Shown here piece after piece: positions 48,367 through 62,399 of a DNA stretch of 64,000 nt. The DNA lies in assembly GCF_036321535.1 (NCBI RefSeq), contig NC_087436.1:83392001-83456000 (forward strand). Direction: 5' to 3'. The DNA comes from Camelus dromedarius (Eukaryota). Numbering within the stretch: position 1 is the stretch's first letter; the number at the start of each line of letters is the position of its first letter. Made by a program: the position numbers and the translations under genes. The notes beneath the pieces are model-generated. The model searched no databases. It saw only the letters and a list, made by a program, of their open reading frames with translations, and was not told where the DNA came from.

Positions 48367-51300
48367 GGAGGTGACATCATCAAAATGGCAACGTAGGATA
48401 CCCAGCCTCCATCACCCTACAAAGATCGACAATTAGACAGCTATATATAAACAGAGCACCGGAGTGCACTTAAGAAACTTCAGCACTGCAGTGGAACCAA
48501 AAATCCCTGAGACTAACCATACAAAAAGGGGAAGGCAGCTTCATTCTGCCTGCATCATCCTGTCCCCAAAACTAGCATTGCTCAGCACCAAGAGGGAGCT
48601 CCCAGCTAGATAGAGGACCCTTCACTAGGAAAGGGGGAGTGGGGTGAGTGACTAGCTTCCCCAGCCTTTTGGGGCACCACATGAAGGTGCCACTTCAGAT
48701 TTACCCCACCCAGAGACTGGCAAAGCTGAGACACACAGAGATGGAACAAGGAAGAAAAGTGGGAGCTACCAGAAGCAGGCACACAGCAGAAGCTACTATG
48801 GTTTCTAGACACCTGCTCTAAGACATATCCAGCAGCTTTCACCACTGAAGAAAACGAGAGACAGCACAGCCATCATGGACTCCCTGCAGATTTCACCAGC
48901 TTTCACCCACAGTTATTTGCATTCGCTGGCATCAGCCACCTGAGTCCTACCTACTTTCTCCCTGCCCTGATCTGGCCCCTGCTAGAGCCCAGGTACTGCA
49001 CCAACAGCCAGCCCAGGCCTATTTGTGAATATAAGACATGAACCTAGATGCCCCATCGCCATGTGTGCATTTGGGGCAAGCCCCTTCAGCTGTGCACTTG
49101 CACACTGCCAGCCTGACACCTGTCACTGGCTCCCACTGCTGTGTGCACACCTAGGGGGAGACCGCAGCCACAGGAGAGCATGCAGATAGCTAGGGGCTCT
49201 TGTAGCTGCCAGGGTGCCTGCAGCTGGCCCTGGCCTTTGCTGCCTGCCCTGGCACCCACCACTAGGTGCATGCCTGCAACTGGCCCCAGCCACTACATAG
49301 GTACGTATAGCTGACCCCTGTAGCTGAGTTGTGTACACACCACAGGCATCGGCCACCACCACTGCCTGTTCCAGTCACTGGATCTAGAGGTGCTGCTCAG
49401 AACCCCAACAGCCACTGTAGCCTTTGCAGACTCCCTGCAGCATTCATCAAGGACCACACAGTTGATGCTGTAGACCCCAGCAACCTGAGCCAAAGAGAGA
49501 CCATGCCTCTTGGACCCCTTGCTGCCACATGCCCCCACACTTGGTACCCTGCACCACTAGACCTGGGTCACAGCATGTTGCAGTGTGCCCACTCCCTCTC
49601 CAACCCTTGTAGGTGTGAAAGTCTTCACTTACCAAAGTCAGTCCATAATGTCTGTAAGAGATGACTGCTTCTTGAAATGCAGACACTCATGCAAGGCTAC
49701 AGGGATCATGAAGAATCAGGGAGACCTCTCCATCAAAGGAATACAGTCAACCTCCAGTAACTGGCCCTAAAGAAACAGAGATCCAGGATTGCCTGATAGT
49801 TTAAGAAAATTGTCTAAAGATGCTCTGAGGACTACAAGAGAACAAACAATTTAATCATATCTGGAAAATAGGACAAGAACAAATAAGACGTACATCAAAG
49901 AGACAGAAAATCTAAAAAAGAAATTTTGGAGCTGAAGAATACAATGACTGAATTGAAAAATTCAGTAGAGAGCTTCAACATCAGACTTGAAGATGAAGAA
50001 GAAAGATTCAGTGAGTCAGATCAACTGAAATTATCCAGAGGAGCAAAAAGAATGAAAAGGACTGAAGAACACCTATAGGACTTAGGAGACCCTGTTAAGA
50101 GAAACAATGTACATATTATTGGAGTTACAAAAGGAGAAGAGACAGAGAAAGAGGTAGAAAGCTTATTTAAAGAAATAATGGCTGAGAATTTCTCAAACCT
50201 GGGAGAAATATGGACTTCCAAGTTCATGAAATTAATAGCTTACTCCAAAATTTCATTCTAAAATGATCTTTTCTCATAAGGCTATCAGCAGATTTCCCAG
50301 TAGAGACCTTGCATCCAGGAGAGAATGGAGTGATATATTCAAGTACTGAAAGAAAGAAAAAAAAAACCTGCCAACCAAGAACCCAGCAAAGCTGTCCTTC
50401 AGAAATGAAGGTGAGATAAAAGACTTTCCCTAACAAACAAAAACTGAGAGCGTTCATTACTAGACTTTATATAAAAATGGTGAAAGGAGTTCTTCAAGCT
50501 GAAGGGAAAGGACACCAATTAGTAACGTGAAAACATATGAAAATACACAACACGCTGGTTAAGGTAAGTATACAGTTAGATTCCTAATACTCTACTACTG
50601 TAATATGGTGGTGTGTTAATCACTTAACTTTAGTATAAAGGTTAAAGGACAAAAGTATTTTTAAAAAAGCTTTAGCTACAATAATTTGCTAGTGAATACA
50701 TAATATAAAAATGTATTTTGTGTATGTATGTAAATTGTGACATTAAAAACATAAGAGGGAAAGCAAAAGAGTAGAATTTTTATATACAATCAAAGTTAAA
50801 TTATCAGCCTAAAATATACTATTATATCTATAAGATGTTTTATGTAAGTCTCCTAGTAATAAAGCAAAAACAGTAGATTCGCAGAAGATAAAGACAAGGA
50901 AATTAAGACGTATCACTATGGAAAATCATCAACTCATAAATGTGGGCAGCAAGAGAGGAAGACAGCAACAAAGGGACTACAAAATAGCCAGAAAACAGTA
51001 AGATGGCATTAGTAAGTCTTTATCATTAGTTACTTTAAATTTAAATGAACTGAATTCTCAAATAAAAGACAAAGAGTGGCTAAATTGATTAAAAAACCCA
51101 AAACTCAACTATATATTACCTGCAAGAGACTCACTTCAGCTTTAAGGACACACATAAGCTCAAAGTGAAGGTGTAGAAAAAGATATTCATGCAAATGAAA
51201 GCCACAAGAAAGCAGGGATAGCTATACTTATATCAGACATAATAAACTTTAAGCCAAAAGTGGTAACAAGAGAAAAAGAAGGTCATATAATGACAAAGGG

Positions 51301-54300
51301 GTCAATTTATCAAGAAGTTATAACAGTTGTAAATATATATATGCACCTAGCATTGGAGCTAAATATAGTAACCTAAATATATTAAGAAAATACTAACAGA
51401 TCTGAAGGAATAAACACACAACAATATAATAGAGACTTTAATATTCCACTTTTAACAATGGATAGATCCTTCAGACAGAAAATCAACAAAGAAACATTGG
51501 ACTTGAACCATACTTGAGACCAAATGAGTCAAACAGATATATACAGAACATTCCCTCCAACAATACACATTCTTCTCAAATGTACATGGAATGGTATCCA
51601 TGATAGGTTATCTAATAGGTCACAAAACAAGTCTTAACAAATTTAAGAAGACTGAAATCATACCAAGTATCTTTTCCAACCCCAATGGTATGAAATCAGA
51701 AGTCATTAACAAGAAGAAAGCTAAAAAATTCACCAATATGTGTAAATTAAACAACACACTTCTGAACAAACAATGTGTCAAAGAAGAAATCAAAAGGAAA
51801 ATTTTAAAAATCTTGAATCCAACAAAAATGGAAACTCAACATACAAAAACCTATGGGATGCAGGAAAAGCAGTTTTAAGAGAATTTTCTATCAATAACTG
51901 TCCAATCAAGAAAAAAAAAAGATCTCAAACAACCTAATTTTACCCCTCAAACAACTAGAAAAGAAAGAACTAAGCCTAAAATTAGCAAAAGCAACGAGAT
52001 AATAAAGATGAGAACATAAATAAATGAAATAGAGACCTGAAAAACTATAGAAAAGATCAATGAAATTAAGAGCTGGTTTTTTGAAAGATAAACATAATTG
52101 GCAAACTTTTAGCTAAATTAAGAAAAAAAAGACTCAAATAAATAACATTATAAATGAAAGAGGAGACATTATAGTGGATACAGAATACAAAGGATCGTAA
52201 GAGATTATCATGAACAACAAATTGGGAAACCTAGCAGAAACTGATAAATCCTTAGAAACAAACAACCTACCGAGACTGAATCATGACACAACTAAAACTC
52301 CAAACCAATAATGAGGAAGGAGATGGAAACAATAATCAAAAACGCTCCCAATAAGAAAAGCCCTAGACCAGATGGTTTCACTGGTGGATTCTACCAAACA
52401 TTTAAAGAAGAATTAATGCCAACCTTTTTAAAACTCTTTCAAAAAATGAAAGTGGAGGGAACACTCCCAAACTCATTTTATGAGGCCAGGATAACCCTGG
52501 TACCAAAGCCAGATAAGGATACTACAAGGATAGAAAACTACAGACCAATATCTCTGATGAATACTGATGCAAAAATTCACAACAAAATAGTAGCAAACTG
52601 AATTCAAAGGCACATTAAAACAATCGTATATCATGGTTAAGCAGCATTTATCCCTGGAATACAAGAATGGGTCAATGAATGCAAATCAATAAATGTGATA
52701 TACCACATTAATAGAATGAAAAATAAATCATATCCTTTCAACAGAAGCAGAAAAACATTTGACAAAAGAACATCCTTTCATGATAAAAACTCAACAAGTT
52801 GGGAAGAGGGAACATACTTCAACATAATATATGGTAAGTTCACAGCTAACATTATACTCAGTGGTCCAAAGTTGAAAACTTTTCCTCTAAGATCAGAAAC
52901 AGGTCAAGGGTGATGACTCTTACCCCTCTTATTCAACATAGTACTGGAAATCCTAAACAAAGAAATCAGACAAGAAAAAGAAAGACATCTAAGTCAGAAA
53001 GGAAGAAGTAAAATTGTCTTTATTTGCAGATGATATGATTTTACATATAAACATTCCTAATGACTCCAACAAGAAAAGCTAAAGCTAATCAATAAATTCA
53101 GTAATATTATAGGATAGAAAATTAATGTACAGAGATCAGTTGTATTTCTGTATACTGACAAGTATCTGAAAAAGAAAAAAAATCCCCTTCATAATAACAT
53201 GAAAACAATATTTAGATTCTACATATAAATGATACCATATAGTATTTGTCTTCATCTGATTTACTTCACTTATTATGGTATCACTTACATGTGGAATCTA
53301 AAATATACAAATGGACTTATTTACAAAACAGAAACAGACTCACAGATACAGAAAACAAACTTACCACTACCAAAGGGGAAGTGGGGGGAGGATAAATTAG
53401 GCTATTTGAGATAAGCAGATACAAACTACTACATATAAAATAGATAAACAACAAAGGGCCTACAAGGAACTTTATTCAGTATCTTGTAATAACCTATAGT
53501 GGAAAAGAATATGAAAAAGAATATATATACACATATACACACACACTTGAATGTATATATGTAACTGAATCACTTTGAGGTACACCATAAACTAACACAA
53601 CATTGTAAATTAATTATACTTCAATAAAAAAAAATTTAGGAATAAACTTAACCAAGGAGGTGAAAGATCTTTACACTATAAACTACAAGACTTTGATTTG
53701 AAAAATTGAAGACACAAAGAAATGGAAAGACATCCTATGTTCATGAATTGGAAAAGTTAATATTGTTAAAATGTCCATACCAACCAAAGCCATCTGTAGA
53801 TTCAGTGTGATCCCTATCAGAATCCCAATGGCATTTTTCACAGAAATAGAAAAAATAATCCTAAAATTTGTATGGAAACACAAAAGATCCCAAATAGTCA
53901 AAGCAATCCTGAGAAAATGAATACATTGGAGGCATCATACTTCCTGTTTCATACTATACTACAAAGCTACAGTAATTAACATAGTATGGTGCTGACATAG
54001 AAATAGACAAATAGACTAGTGCAATGGAATCAAGCGCCTAGAAATAAACAGTTGGATATATGGGTAAGTAATATTTGACAGGGAGCCAAGAATACGCATT
54101 GGGGAAAGAATAATCTCTTTAATAAATGGTGTTGGTAAAACTGGATAACCAAATGCAGAATAATAAATTTGGACCCCTATCTTATACTACTCAAAAAAAT
54201 TAACTCAAGATAGATGAAAGACTTGAACACAAGACCTGAAACTAAAAGTCTTAGAAGAAAACACAGGGAAAAGACTTCTTGACATTGGCCTTTGCAATGA

Positions 54301-55507
54301 TTTTTTGGATATGACACCAAAAGCTCTAGCAACAAAACAAAAACTGGTTAAGTGGGATAACATCAAACTAAAAAGCTTCTGCACAGCAAAAGAAACAATC
54401 AACAGATAAAAATGCAACCTATGGAATGGGAGAAGATATCTGCAAATCATATATCTGATAAGGAGTTAAAATCCAAAATACATAAAGAACTCATAAAACT
54501 CAATAACAAAAATAACTAAACAATCTGATTTAAAATGGGCAGAGGACTCAATAGATACTTTTTCAAATAAGATACACAGTCAACAGGTACATGAAGAGGT
54601 ACTTGACATCACTGAACATCAGGGAAATGCAAATCAAAACCACAAGGAGATGATCATCTCACACCTGTTAGAAAGGTTATTATCAAAAAGACAAGAGGTA
54701 AGTATTGGTGAGGATGTGGAGAAAGCAGAACCCTCATGCACTGTTGATGGGAATGTAAATTAATGCAGCCACTATGGAAAACATGAAGTTTCCTCAAAAA
54801 ATTAAAAACAGAACTGATTCAGCAACCCTACTTCTGGGTATATATCTGAAGGAAATAAAAATAGGATCTTGAAGAGAACATACACTCCCATCTTCACTGC
54901 AGCATTATTTACAATAGCCAAGATGGAAACAACGGGTCTGTCAATGGATGAATGGATAAAGAAATTGTGGTGTGTATGTATGTTATGTATGTGCGACACA
55001 ATGGAATATTAGTCATAAGAAGGAAATCCTGCTGTTTGAGACAACATAGATGGACTCTGAAAGTAACATGCTAAATGAACTAAGTCAGACAGTGAAAGAC
55101 AAATACTATATGATTTCACTTATTATGTGGAATCTAAAAAGCCTACCTCATAGCGACAGAGAGTAGAATGGTAGTTGCCAGGGGCTGGGGAGTGGTGGAA
55201 GTGCGGAGATGTGGGTCAAAGGATACAAACTTCCAGTTATAAGATGAATATATTCTATGGATCTAATGAACAGCATGGTAATTACAGTTAATATATTACA
55301 AATTTAAATGTTGCAGAGAGTAGTTCTTAAATGTTCTAACTACAGAAAAGAAATGATAATTATGTGATGTGACGGAGGTGTTAGCTGATGCTATGATGGG
55401 ACTCGCATTACATTATATTATATTAGTAGATCAAACCAACATGTTGCACATCTTAAATGTACAGTGTTACATGTCAACCATATCTCTGTAAAACTGGAAA
55501 AGGAAAA
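48367..55507 (+). mobile_element. Near full-length decayed LINE-1 (L1MA-like), about 7.1 kb
   Basis: YY1-like CAAAATGGC at the 5' end, GC-rich 5' UTR, ORF1 remnants, ORF2 fragments ([41 protein letters not shown] at about 53019), 3' UTR; many stops and frameshifts. Confidence 0.92.
53211..53633 (+). mobile_element. Younger 5'-inverted L1 3' end inserted into the old L1
   Basis: Inverted segment about 53211-53272 followed by a sense 3' UTR ending tacttcaataaaaaaaaa; host ORF2 resumes at ttaggaataaac. Confidence 0.75.
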
Positions 55508-58500
55508 TACAGCCAAATCACAGTTCATTGGATGATGGAGATAAAGGTGGAATGAAGGAGGGCATACAGCAGGAACCAGTACAGATCTGAGGTGTAACTC
55601 AGAATATTTTGTGTTAGGGTCAAGCATGGAAGAGAAAGTCAATAAAATCAAGGCTAATCTGCAGAATTTTATCATTTCCTTTTTAAAAAGAAATGTAAAT
55701 ATTGGTTGTCTCCAGTTTTCCTTGGCTCCTAGAAATGGAGGCAAGCAGATTTTAAACCAAGAACATGGTTTGTTAAGTCTCTAGAATATCCAAGAACATG
55801 GTGCCTGTCTTGCCTTTGTACTACTTTGTTAGTAGTCAAGGTTGCTTCAGTTATGAGTCTTCTGGTTTGTGAATGTCTTGATTTTTAAGGAACACTTTTG
55901 GGGAGCATTGATAGGTGCCATTGGCAGGCTCCATCTGCAGACTTACCTGCAGGAACAGTGTCTCACAAAGCTGAGGAGGGGCTTGTGACAAGGAAGAGAG
56001 TAGGTCCTCATGGCTTCAGAAATTCTCCTGTGGATTAGATCGAGGGAATTCTCCAGTCAGATGTGACACAGAAACTACCACCATGCCTTTCCAACCCAGG
56101 TAAAAGAGGGATTAGCTCACCTGAGAGCAGAGCCCTGCGAAGAGTGTGGCAGATGTCAGTCTCTGACTACAGCTCTTTTCTTTGGGATGCTAACCCAGAT
56201 GGACTCAAACACAGGCAGGGCTGCTCGCCCACACCGAATCAGGTGTGGGTTTGGGCGTCCATCTGAAACAACTTTCACTTGTGTAGCGAGAAACTGGGAC
56301 AGGCAACAGAACAGGTGCTGGAGGAGGGGCCCACCGCACTGTGGGCAGACTCTTTGCATCTGTATTAATAGCGGCCTCTCCCACAGATTAGCTAATCCAG
56401 GCTTTGGTGCTTTATTTCCTTCTAAAACTAATGGCATGTGTCCTTCTGAGCTGTGTGTGGCATGGAGAAAATTAGTTCAGATGTCAGCTTTTCTTTTTTG
56501 TTTTTCTTGCAAGAATGGCAGGATGCTTGGCAGGAGGCACAATCACATGGTCTTCATATCTTTTGAAAGCAGATTTTCTGGGGCCTAATCCCAGGGGAGT
56601 TGGATACAATCTCTGGTAATTATTGATTCAGCTCCCATTGGTGTTGAACTTCCTGAGGAATTAAATAAGAACACACACACACTCCTCAGATGAAGGAAAA
56701 TGTTAAACCAGAAGTCTTTCCCAGTCACTGTTTCGTTAGGATTAGGAGAAAAAGAAAGCCAAAGAGCAGATTCAGAAATGACACCCCGTTCCCCACGGTG
56801 TCATAAGAAGCTGGAGCTCTTGAGGGCCAAGGTCAACAGCAAGTGCCAACTAGGTACTGGCTTGTGGTCCCAGCAGGACCAGCCTGCCACTGCCAGAGGC
56901 TTCTTGTTAAAAATGGGTCTCCTGACCTTTCCTGCCTGGGCGCTCCCAGGAGCTCGGATGTTGGTGTAGTAGACTCAAGGACTCTCAAGTTCAAGTCACT
57001 GGCAGATTGTATGGAGATGAGACCTGGAGTTTCTGTTGCCGAGGTGATGGGGGGCAGCACCTCACTCAATGCTAGCGTCAGATCATCTGAACCCAAAACT
57101 TGCCCTGTTGCCGGCTGAGCAGTGGCACGTCCACTTTGCCCCTCTGGGGCTGATGAGGGCCTGGGGGAGGACCCCAGACCCCACCCAGTCTCTGCCTTGC
57201 CCACAGGCTTGATGAAATGTAGCACACTAATTAGGAGCTTCCAAAATCAGCAAGTCTCCTCCCTAGGGTACGCCTAGTTTTTAGGGGTTTAAAAATACAC
57301 CCTGAGACAGAGATTTCAAGACACCAAACGACCTAGAAATCAGTTCAAAGGTTATTCTGTTCCTTCCCTCCACAGAACTTGGCATTCCCATGTTGGTTTC
57401 AGCTGCCATCTCAGTTAATTCTTCTTACGTGTCTGAGCAGATATGGACCTCCCAAAATGTTTCAGGGAGTAGACTTAAGAGGAGTCTTTCCTGCTCTGTG
57501 AGGGAGGGAATTTAGCCAGCAAAGATCTTTTGGAGAAAGCTGCACACAGGTTTTGATGCAAATTGCTTTGAGAATAGTCAGAATTTTACTTTTCAGACCA
57601 AGAGAATGGGTCGGTGTTTCCATAAAATCATGCTTACCAGTTAGTACTGATTTGTAAAGGGCTGGAGATGCCCGCTGTTTCTGACTTATACAAACAAGGG
57701 ATCACAGGGTGAGGGGAGTTGTGGTGAGGGAAATACAATTCCTTTTCTGTAGCGATACAAAATGTCTTGTTGGATTTCCACGTAAGAGCGTATCTTTGTC
57801 TCAATGCTGATGATAATAGCCCACCACCATTATTGACTGAAGATTTAGAGTGTGATCCCTTTATGTTCATCCAGGTAAGTTCCCATACTAACCTTGGTGA
57901 GGCAGCTATGACAATTATTCCCATTTTTCAGATGGAGAAACGGAGACAGGGAGGGTAAGGAGTGTGTCTGGTCACAGAGCTAAGCCATCTGTCTATAGTC
58001 TGGATCTTAAGCATCAAGCAGCATTTGGCCTCCACTGGTGTTGGCAAGTGTGCCGATCGCTGTCAATTTTGGATTTTGAATTGACTGAAGCTGCTTATTT
58101 CCACAAACACCCAGGATGCAGTCTGCACCCTCTACTTAAACGAGGGACTTGGGATCAGCAGCATCAAAGCCCCTGGAAGCTTATCAGAAACACAGGTTGT
58201 TAGGCACCCATGGGACAACTGTACTATTCGACCCCTAGCCAGTATTCCAGCTCAAGAAACCCTGCTCTCTGATATCAGAGAGAAACAGATTCTTCACTGT
58301 CTCCCTCCCTGCCTTCCCTCCTCTTTGTCTAATCTTGTCCTGTCATTTTAAGTTCTTCAAAATTAACAGAAAGTTACAGACAAAACACAAAATATCTTAC
58401 CAGGAAGCACTGAAAGCCGTAGAACCAAAAGCATGACAGGATTTCTTAGCATCTTTGAATTGCTTTTGAAAGAAACTCACATGTAAAAGACTGTGAGTTT

Positions 58501-58517
58501 CAAGTCACAGTAACAGA

Positions 58518-58789
58518 CATGGAAAACAGGCTTGTGGTTACCAGCGGGGAAGGGAATGGGAAAGGAAAAACTGAGAGTTCGAGATTTGTAGATGCTGACT
58601 AGCACATATAAAATAGATAACAAGTTTATACTGCATAGCACAGGGAACTGTATACAATATCTTACAGTAGCTTATGGTGAAAAAGAATATGAAAACAAAT
58701 ATATGTATATTCATGTATGACTGAAGCATTGTGCTGTACACCAGAAATTGACACAACATTGTAAACTCACCATACCTCATTAAAAAAAA
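58518..58789 (+). mobile_element. Short young L1 3' end insertion
   Basis: 16-bp TSD AAGTCACAGTAACAGA at 58502-58517 and 58790-58805; A tail. Confidence 0.9.
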
Positions 58790-59178
58790 AAGTCACAGTA
58801 ACAGAATTCATACACACAGAGAACCAGCTGAGACATGGAGGTTCTTAGTCCATTTTGCATTGGGGTGCATTCCCTGGGGCAGATGCTGCACAACTCAGAG
58901 CCCCTCTCTGGTATAAGCCTTGTTGATGGAGAAGAAAACTAAGAAGCTGTCAACAAGCCAGTTCCTGCCAAATCCCATTTGTTGGCCTGCCAACCAGCAT
59001 TCTAAAAATGCACTTGGGAATTTTGACTTTTGGCTTTTACTGAATATGAAATTCAACGGTGTATTTATAGCCTTGATAAGCTGACCCAGCTCAGGGAGAA
59101 CTCTGATACATTTTGTCTTACAAGATTCAGAATCCACTTCTAGAGGAGGTAGTAAGGAGACCATCGAAAGATTAAAGT

Positions 59179-59253
59179 GGGGAGGGTGTAGCTCAAGTGG
59201 TAGAGCGCATGCTTAGCATGCACAAGGCCCTGGGTTCAATCCCCAGTACCTCC
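59179..59253 (+). mobile_element. tRNA-Ala(AGC)-derived SINE head, tail-less
   Basis: GGGGAGGGTGTAGCTCAAGTGGTAGAGCGCATGCTTAGCATG...GGTTCAATCCCCAGTACCTCC with A and B boxes; same family as the copies at 8046-8126 and 42103-42180. Confidence 0.85.
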
Positions 59254-60176
59254 TCTAATCCCCTTCAGGCTGTCCACTTCCCAGGGGGGCAAGGGTGGGG
59301 CTTGGGGCTTGGAGGACCCTCGGTCTTTGCACCAGGCTATAGAAGCCGGTGTACTAGGGCCAGCATCACTGTCTGGTCCCGCATCACTGTCTAGTCCCCC
59401 TAGTCGCCCGTAGGGGCAACAACGAAATAGGATTTAAGAAAACGGAGGATCAATACCTACTGCCTATTACTTTGGACCCAGTATTTCAAAAATCAAACTA
59501 TTCAGGGAGAGCTTCAGTTTTGGCAGAAAGCATGCAATTGTGCTGTTAGCAGTGCTTGTACCTTCGTGCTCCCGAGTCAGCCATATCTCGGGTTGAATCC
59601 TGGTGTCAGGACTGGGACAAGGTCTTTACTCCAATCCTTCATTTTTTAAAAAAATTTCATGTTTACTATATTTTGAATGTGTATTTGAGTCACTTAGAGA
59701 ACACCTGCAGACCTGACCTCCCCCCAGGGGCGAGGCACTCACCTCACACAACTGAAATGCGCCATCACAGTTTTCTGGTGGCTTCATTAGCTTCAAAGTA
59801 GAGAATGGTTCGCGTGTTTACCTATGATGGCCTCCTAGACTTTGGAAATGTACTTAAACAATTGTTTTTCTTAATGTTTTTCTTTCTGCATCCCTCCAGC
59901 CTCTTCCATGAATTGTTTCAAAGGCAGCTGAGCACAGAGCACCAGCCTGTTCTTCAACCCAGCATCACAGGCACATCCAGCTTGCGCCCAGTTAGTGTCA
60001 CCTTCGGGTGCCCTCCCTGGAGACAGAACAACAAATCTTAATCCTCATGAGGCTTCTGAGGAGCTCGGGGAGCAGCGTGATTCCTTACCGAAGGGAAGGG
60101 TCAGAGGCCACAGGCTGGTTCCATCACACATTCTGGAGGCTGTCAAAAATTTCAGAACGTTCACAGTTAAAAATAT

Positions 60177-60182
60177 TTTATT
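60177..60182 (-). terminator. Candidate distal poly(A) signal on the - strand
   Basis: AATAAA preceded by four TGTA elements within about 45 nt. Confidence 0.6.
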
Positions 60183-62078
60183 GAAGTTTATACAAAATAC
60201 AGTCATGTACAAAAATGTACATAACAGTTTTTTAAAATTCGGTTTACATTTATAAAAGGAACAACCGTCATTTCAAATAACGTTCTGCTTCCGTGTCATG
60301 TAAACATTGCTCTGGGCCCATGTTATTTTACTAAAATTGTATCCACCCTTGGAGATGTCATGATCGTGTGGATGCCTTCAGATTGAGAATTCGATCTGAC
60401 ACACGTATTTCTCGAGCTGCGCATGTGACCACGACTGGCTGGATTCCAGGCAAAATGAGATCCCCTAGAGACATAAGTGCAGTTTCATAGCAGTACGGAC
60501 TTGCATAGCTGTGCGGGTTTCATGCGGCTGCACACCTGCGTAGACCTGTAAGCCTCAGCCTGTCTACACACACCTATTATGAAGGACTGTGGTGGGAGAG
60601 CGCAAATACCCACGAGGACGCAGTCCCTACCAGGGAAAGTAGCCAGCGCCACAGTGCGCGCACGTCACCCGGCTCTGGAGCCTGCGGGGGCGGCCACGCT
60701 GAGACGTCAGCATACACAATTTCAGTACACACAGATCTGAAAATACGCTTAGCCTATCTTTTGACAAAATGTCGTTTACAGTAGATTTTGAAGGTCGTGT
60801 GGGGAAAAAATAAAAAGCAAGGGGATTAATGAAAGGAGAGCACATTCTGGCTTCTGCTAAACCCACGGGCTTCCAAGGAAACACTGCTTCAACGTTTTAG
60901 TCCAGTTTTACCCTCCCTGTTGGTTTAACCAAACGGATACTATGAAGAATATCACAAAGGTGTGGGTTTTGGCGCAGAAACCGCCTCTCCTAACCCAGGG
61001 AGAAACCCCCTCAGGAAGCAGTGTGTCAGGAAGCCCCGCCTTGAAAGCAAAACCGATTTAGACTACAACCAGATTTGCACAAAGAGTTATGGCATTCAAC
61101 TATAAATGTACCAATGGTAGAAAATGATATACCTTTAAGAAAAATTGCATCTTTGTGATCAGATTAAGAATCTCTTAAAAAACTAATAAACTAAATTTTG
61201 ATTTTCCTTGCAGATCTGTGATCAGTTCTGGATACACGACCCAATTCTGTTTACTGAGAACTAGGCAGCCCCAGAAAGAACCAACTTACCTGGTACCATG
61301 GCTGCCCCTTGATTCTGATAATAAACCTTAATATTCACCTTATGAGGAATTCTAAGCTCAACCACATCCATGAAGGCCCATCCCTCAGGACATCTCAGTG
61401 CTATACTTATGACACAAGCACAGCCCTGAGGCATTTGTCCTGGGCTAGACATGCCACACCTGGGAACAGGCGCATCCTGTTAACAGCTCTTCCCACCATG
61501 CAACTGTTGCATCAGAATGAGACAAAGCAAAAATCACACTGATACTACAAACAGAGGCACTGCTGATCCTTCCGTTGGCAATGAATAATAATCTTTTGAC
61601 TTCCAACTGGCAACCAAAAGGAAGAAATCTAATTATTAGCTCCTAATGAATTAGGTAGCAATTAAAAGAAAATTGGTCCTCCAGTTTGAAATATGATTTG
61701 GTCTTTCATGGAAATTTCCCCTGAACTGGAGATCACTGACATTGTGTGAGCTTTCTCCTACCAGCACAAGACACAATTTCAGCTGTCTTGAAAAACTTCT
61801 CAGCAGGCCCTTGGCCTAAACCTTGCACATACATGTCTAAAAAGTGAACTCCAAATGCAGTGCTTCAAAGATAAAACAATAATGCTACCGTACTTAATAT
61901 AAACAGCTCTTGCAAGGTTTACTCCAGACAAAAACACAATAAAAGCAAACGCCTGGGAAAGTGACAAGCCCCTGCTATCTCTGATTCTTACAATCATACA
62001 CTCAAGTTTATTACGCTTTACTTTTACTTATCATTGTTATTAAATAACCCTTGACATTTATTTTGTTGGCATGTCCTA

Positions 62079-62079
<1 letters not shown>

Positions 62080-62111
<32 letters not shown>
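62080..62111. repeat. (CA)n microsatellite followed by (CT)n and a C-run
   Basis: Direct reading. Confidence 0.9.
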
Positions 62112-62115
<4 letters not shown>

Positions 62116-62399
62116 CTCTCTCCCCCCCCCCCCAAGAGAGCAAAGGACAAACCGCAGTCCTGAGTGTTCTGTGTGAAGCCAATTAAGACACTGCTTCTAG
62201 GGCTCTGAGACTCAGGGCTGCAGAAATGGTTGCTGTGGAAATAAATTTGCCTCCGCATTTCTGGCGGAGCCGGAACCCACCGACTAACATGTCTTCAGAT
62301 AGAATCCAGCATAAACAGGGCTCCTCCCCTTCATTTGTTCTTCATTTATTCTAGGAAATATATTGATGATTAGAAACTACAAAAGAAAACACGACATTC

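Noticed and set aside
51000..55000. Active L1 ORF2
   Set aside because: Fragmented by many stops and frameshifts and interrupted by a nested insertion
59179..59253. Possible genuine tRNA-Ala(AGC) gene
   Set aside because: Acceptor stem mispairs, there is no oligo-T terminator, and it shares diagnostic ends with SINE copies at 8.1 and 42.1 kb; tRNAscan-SE would settle it
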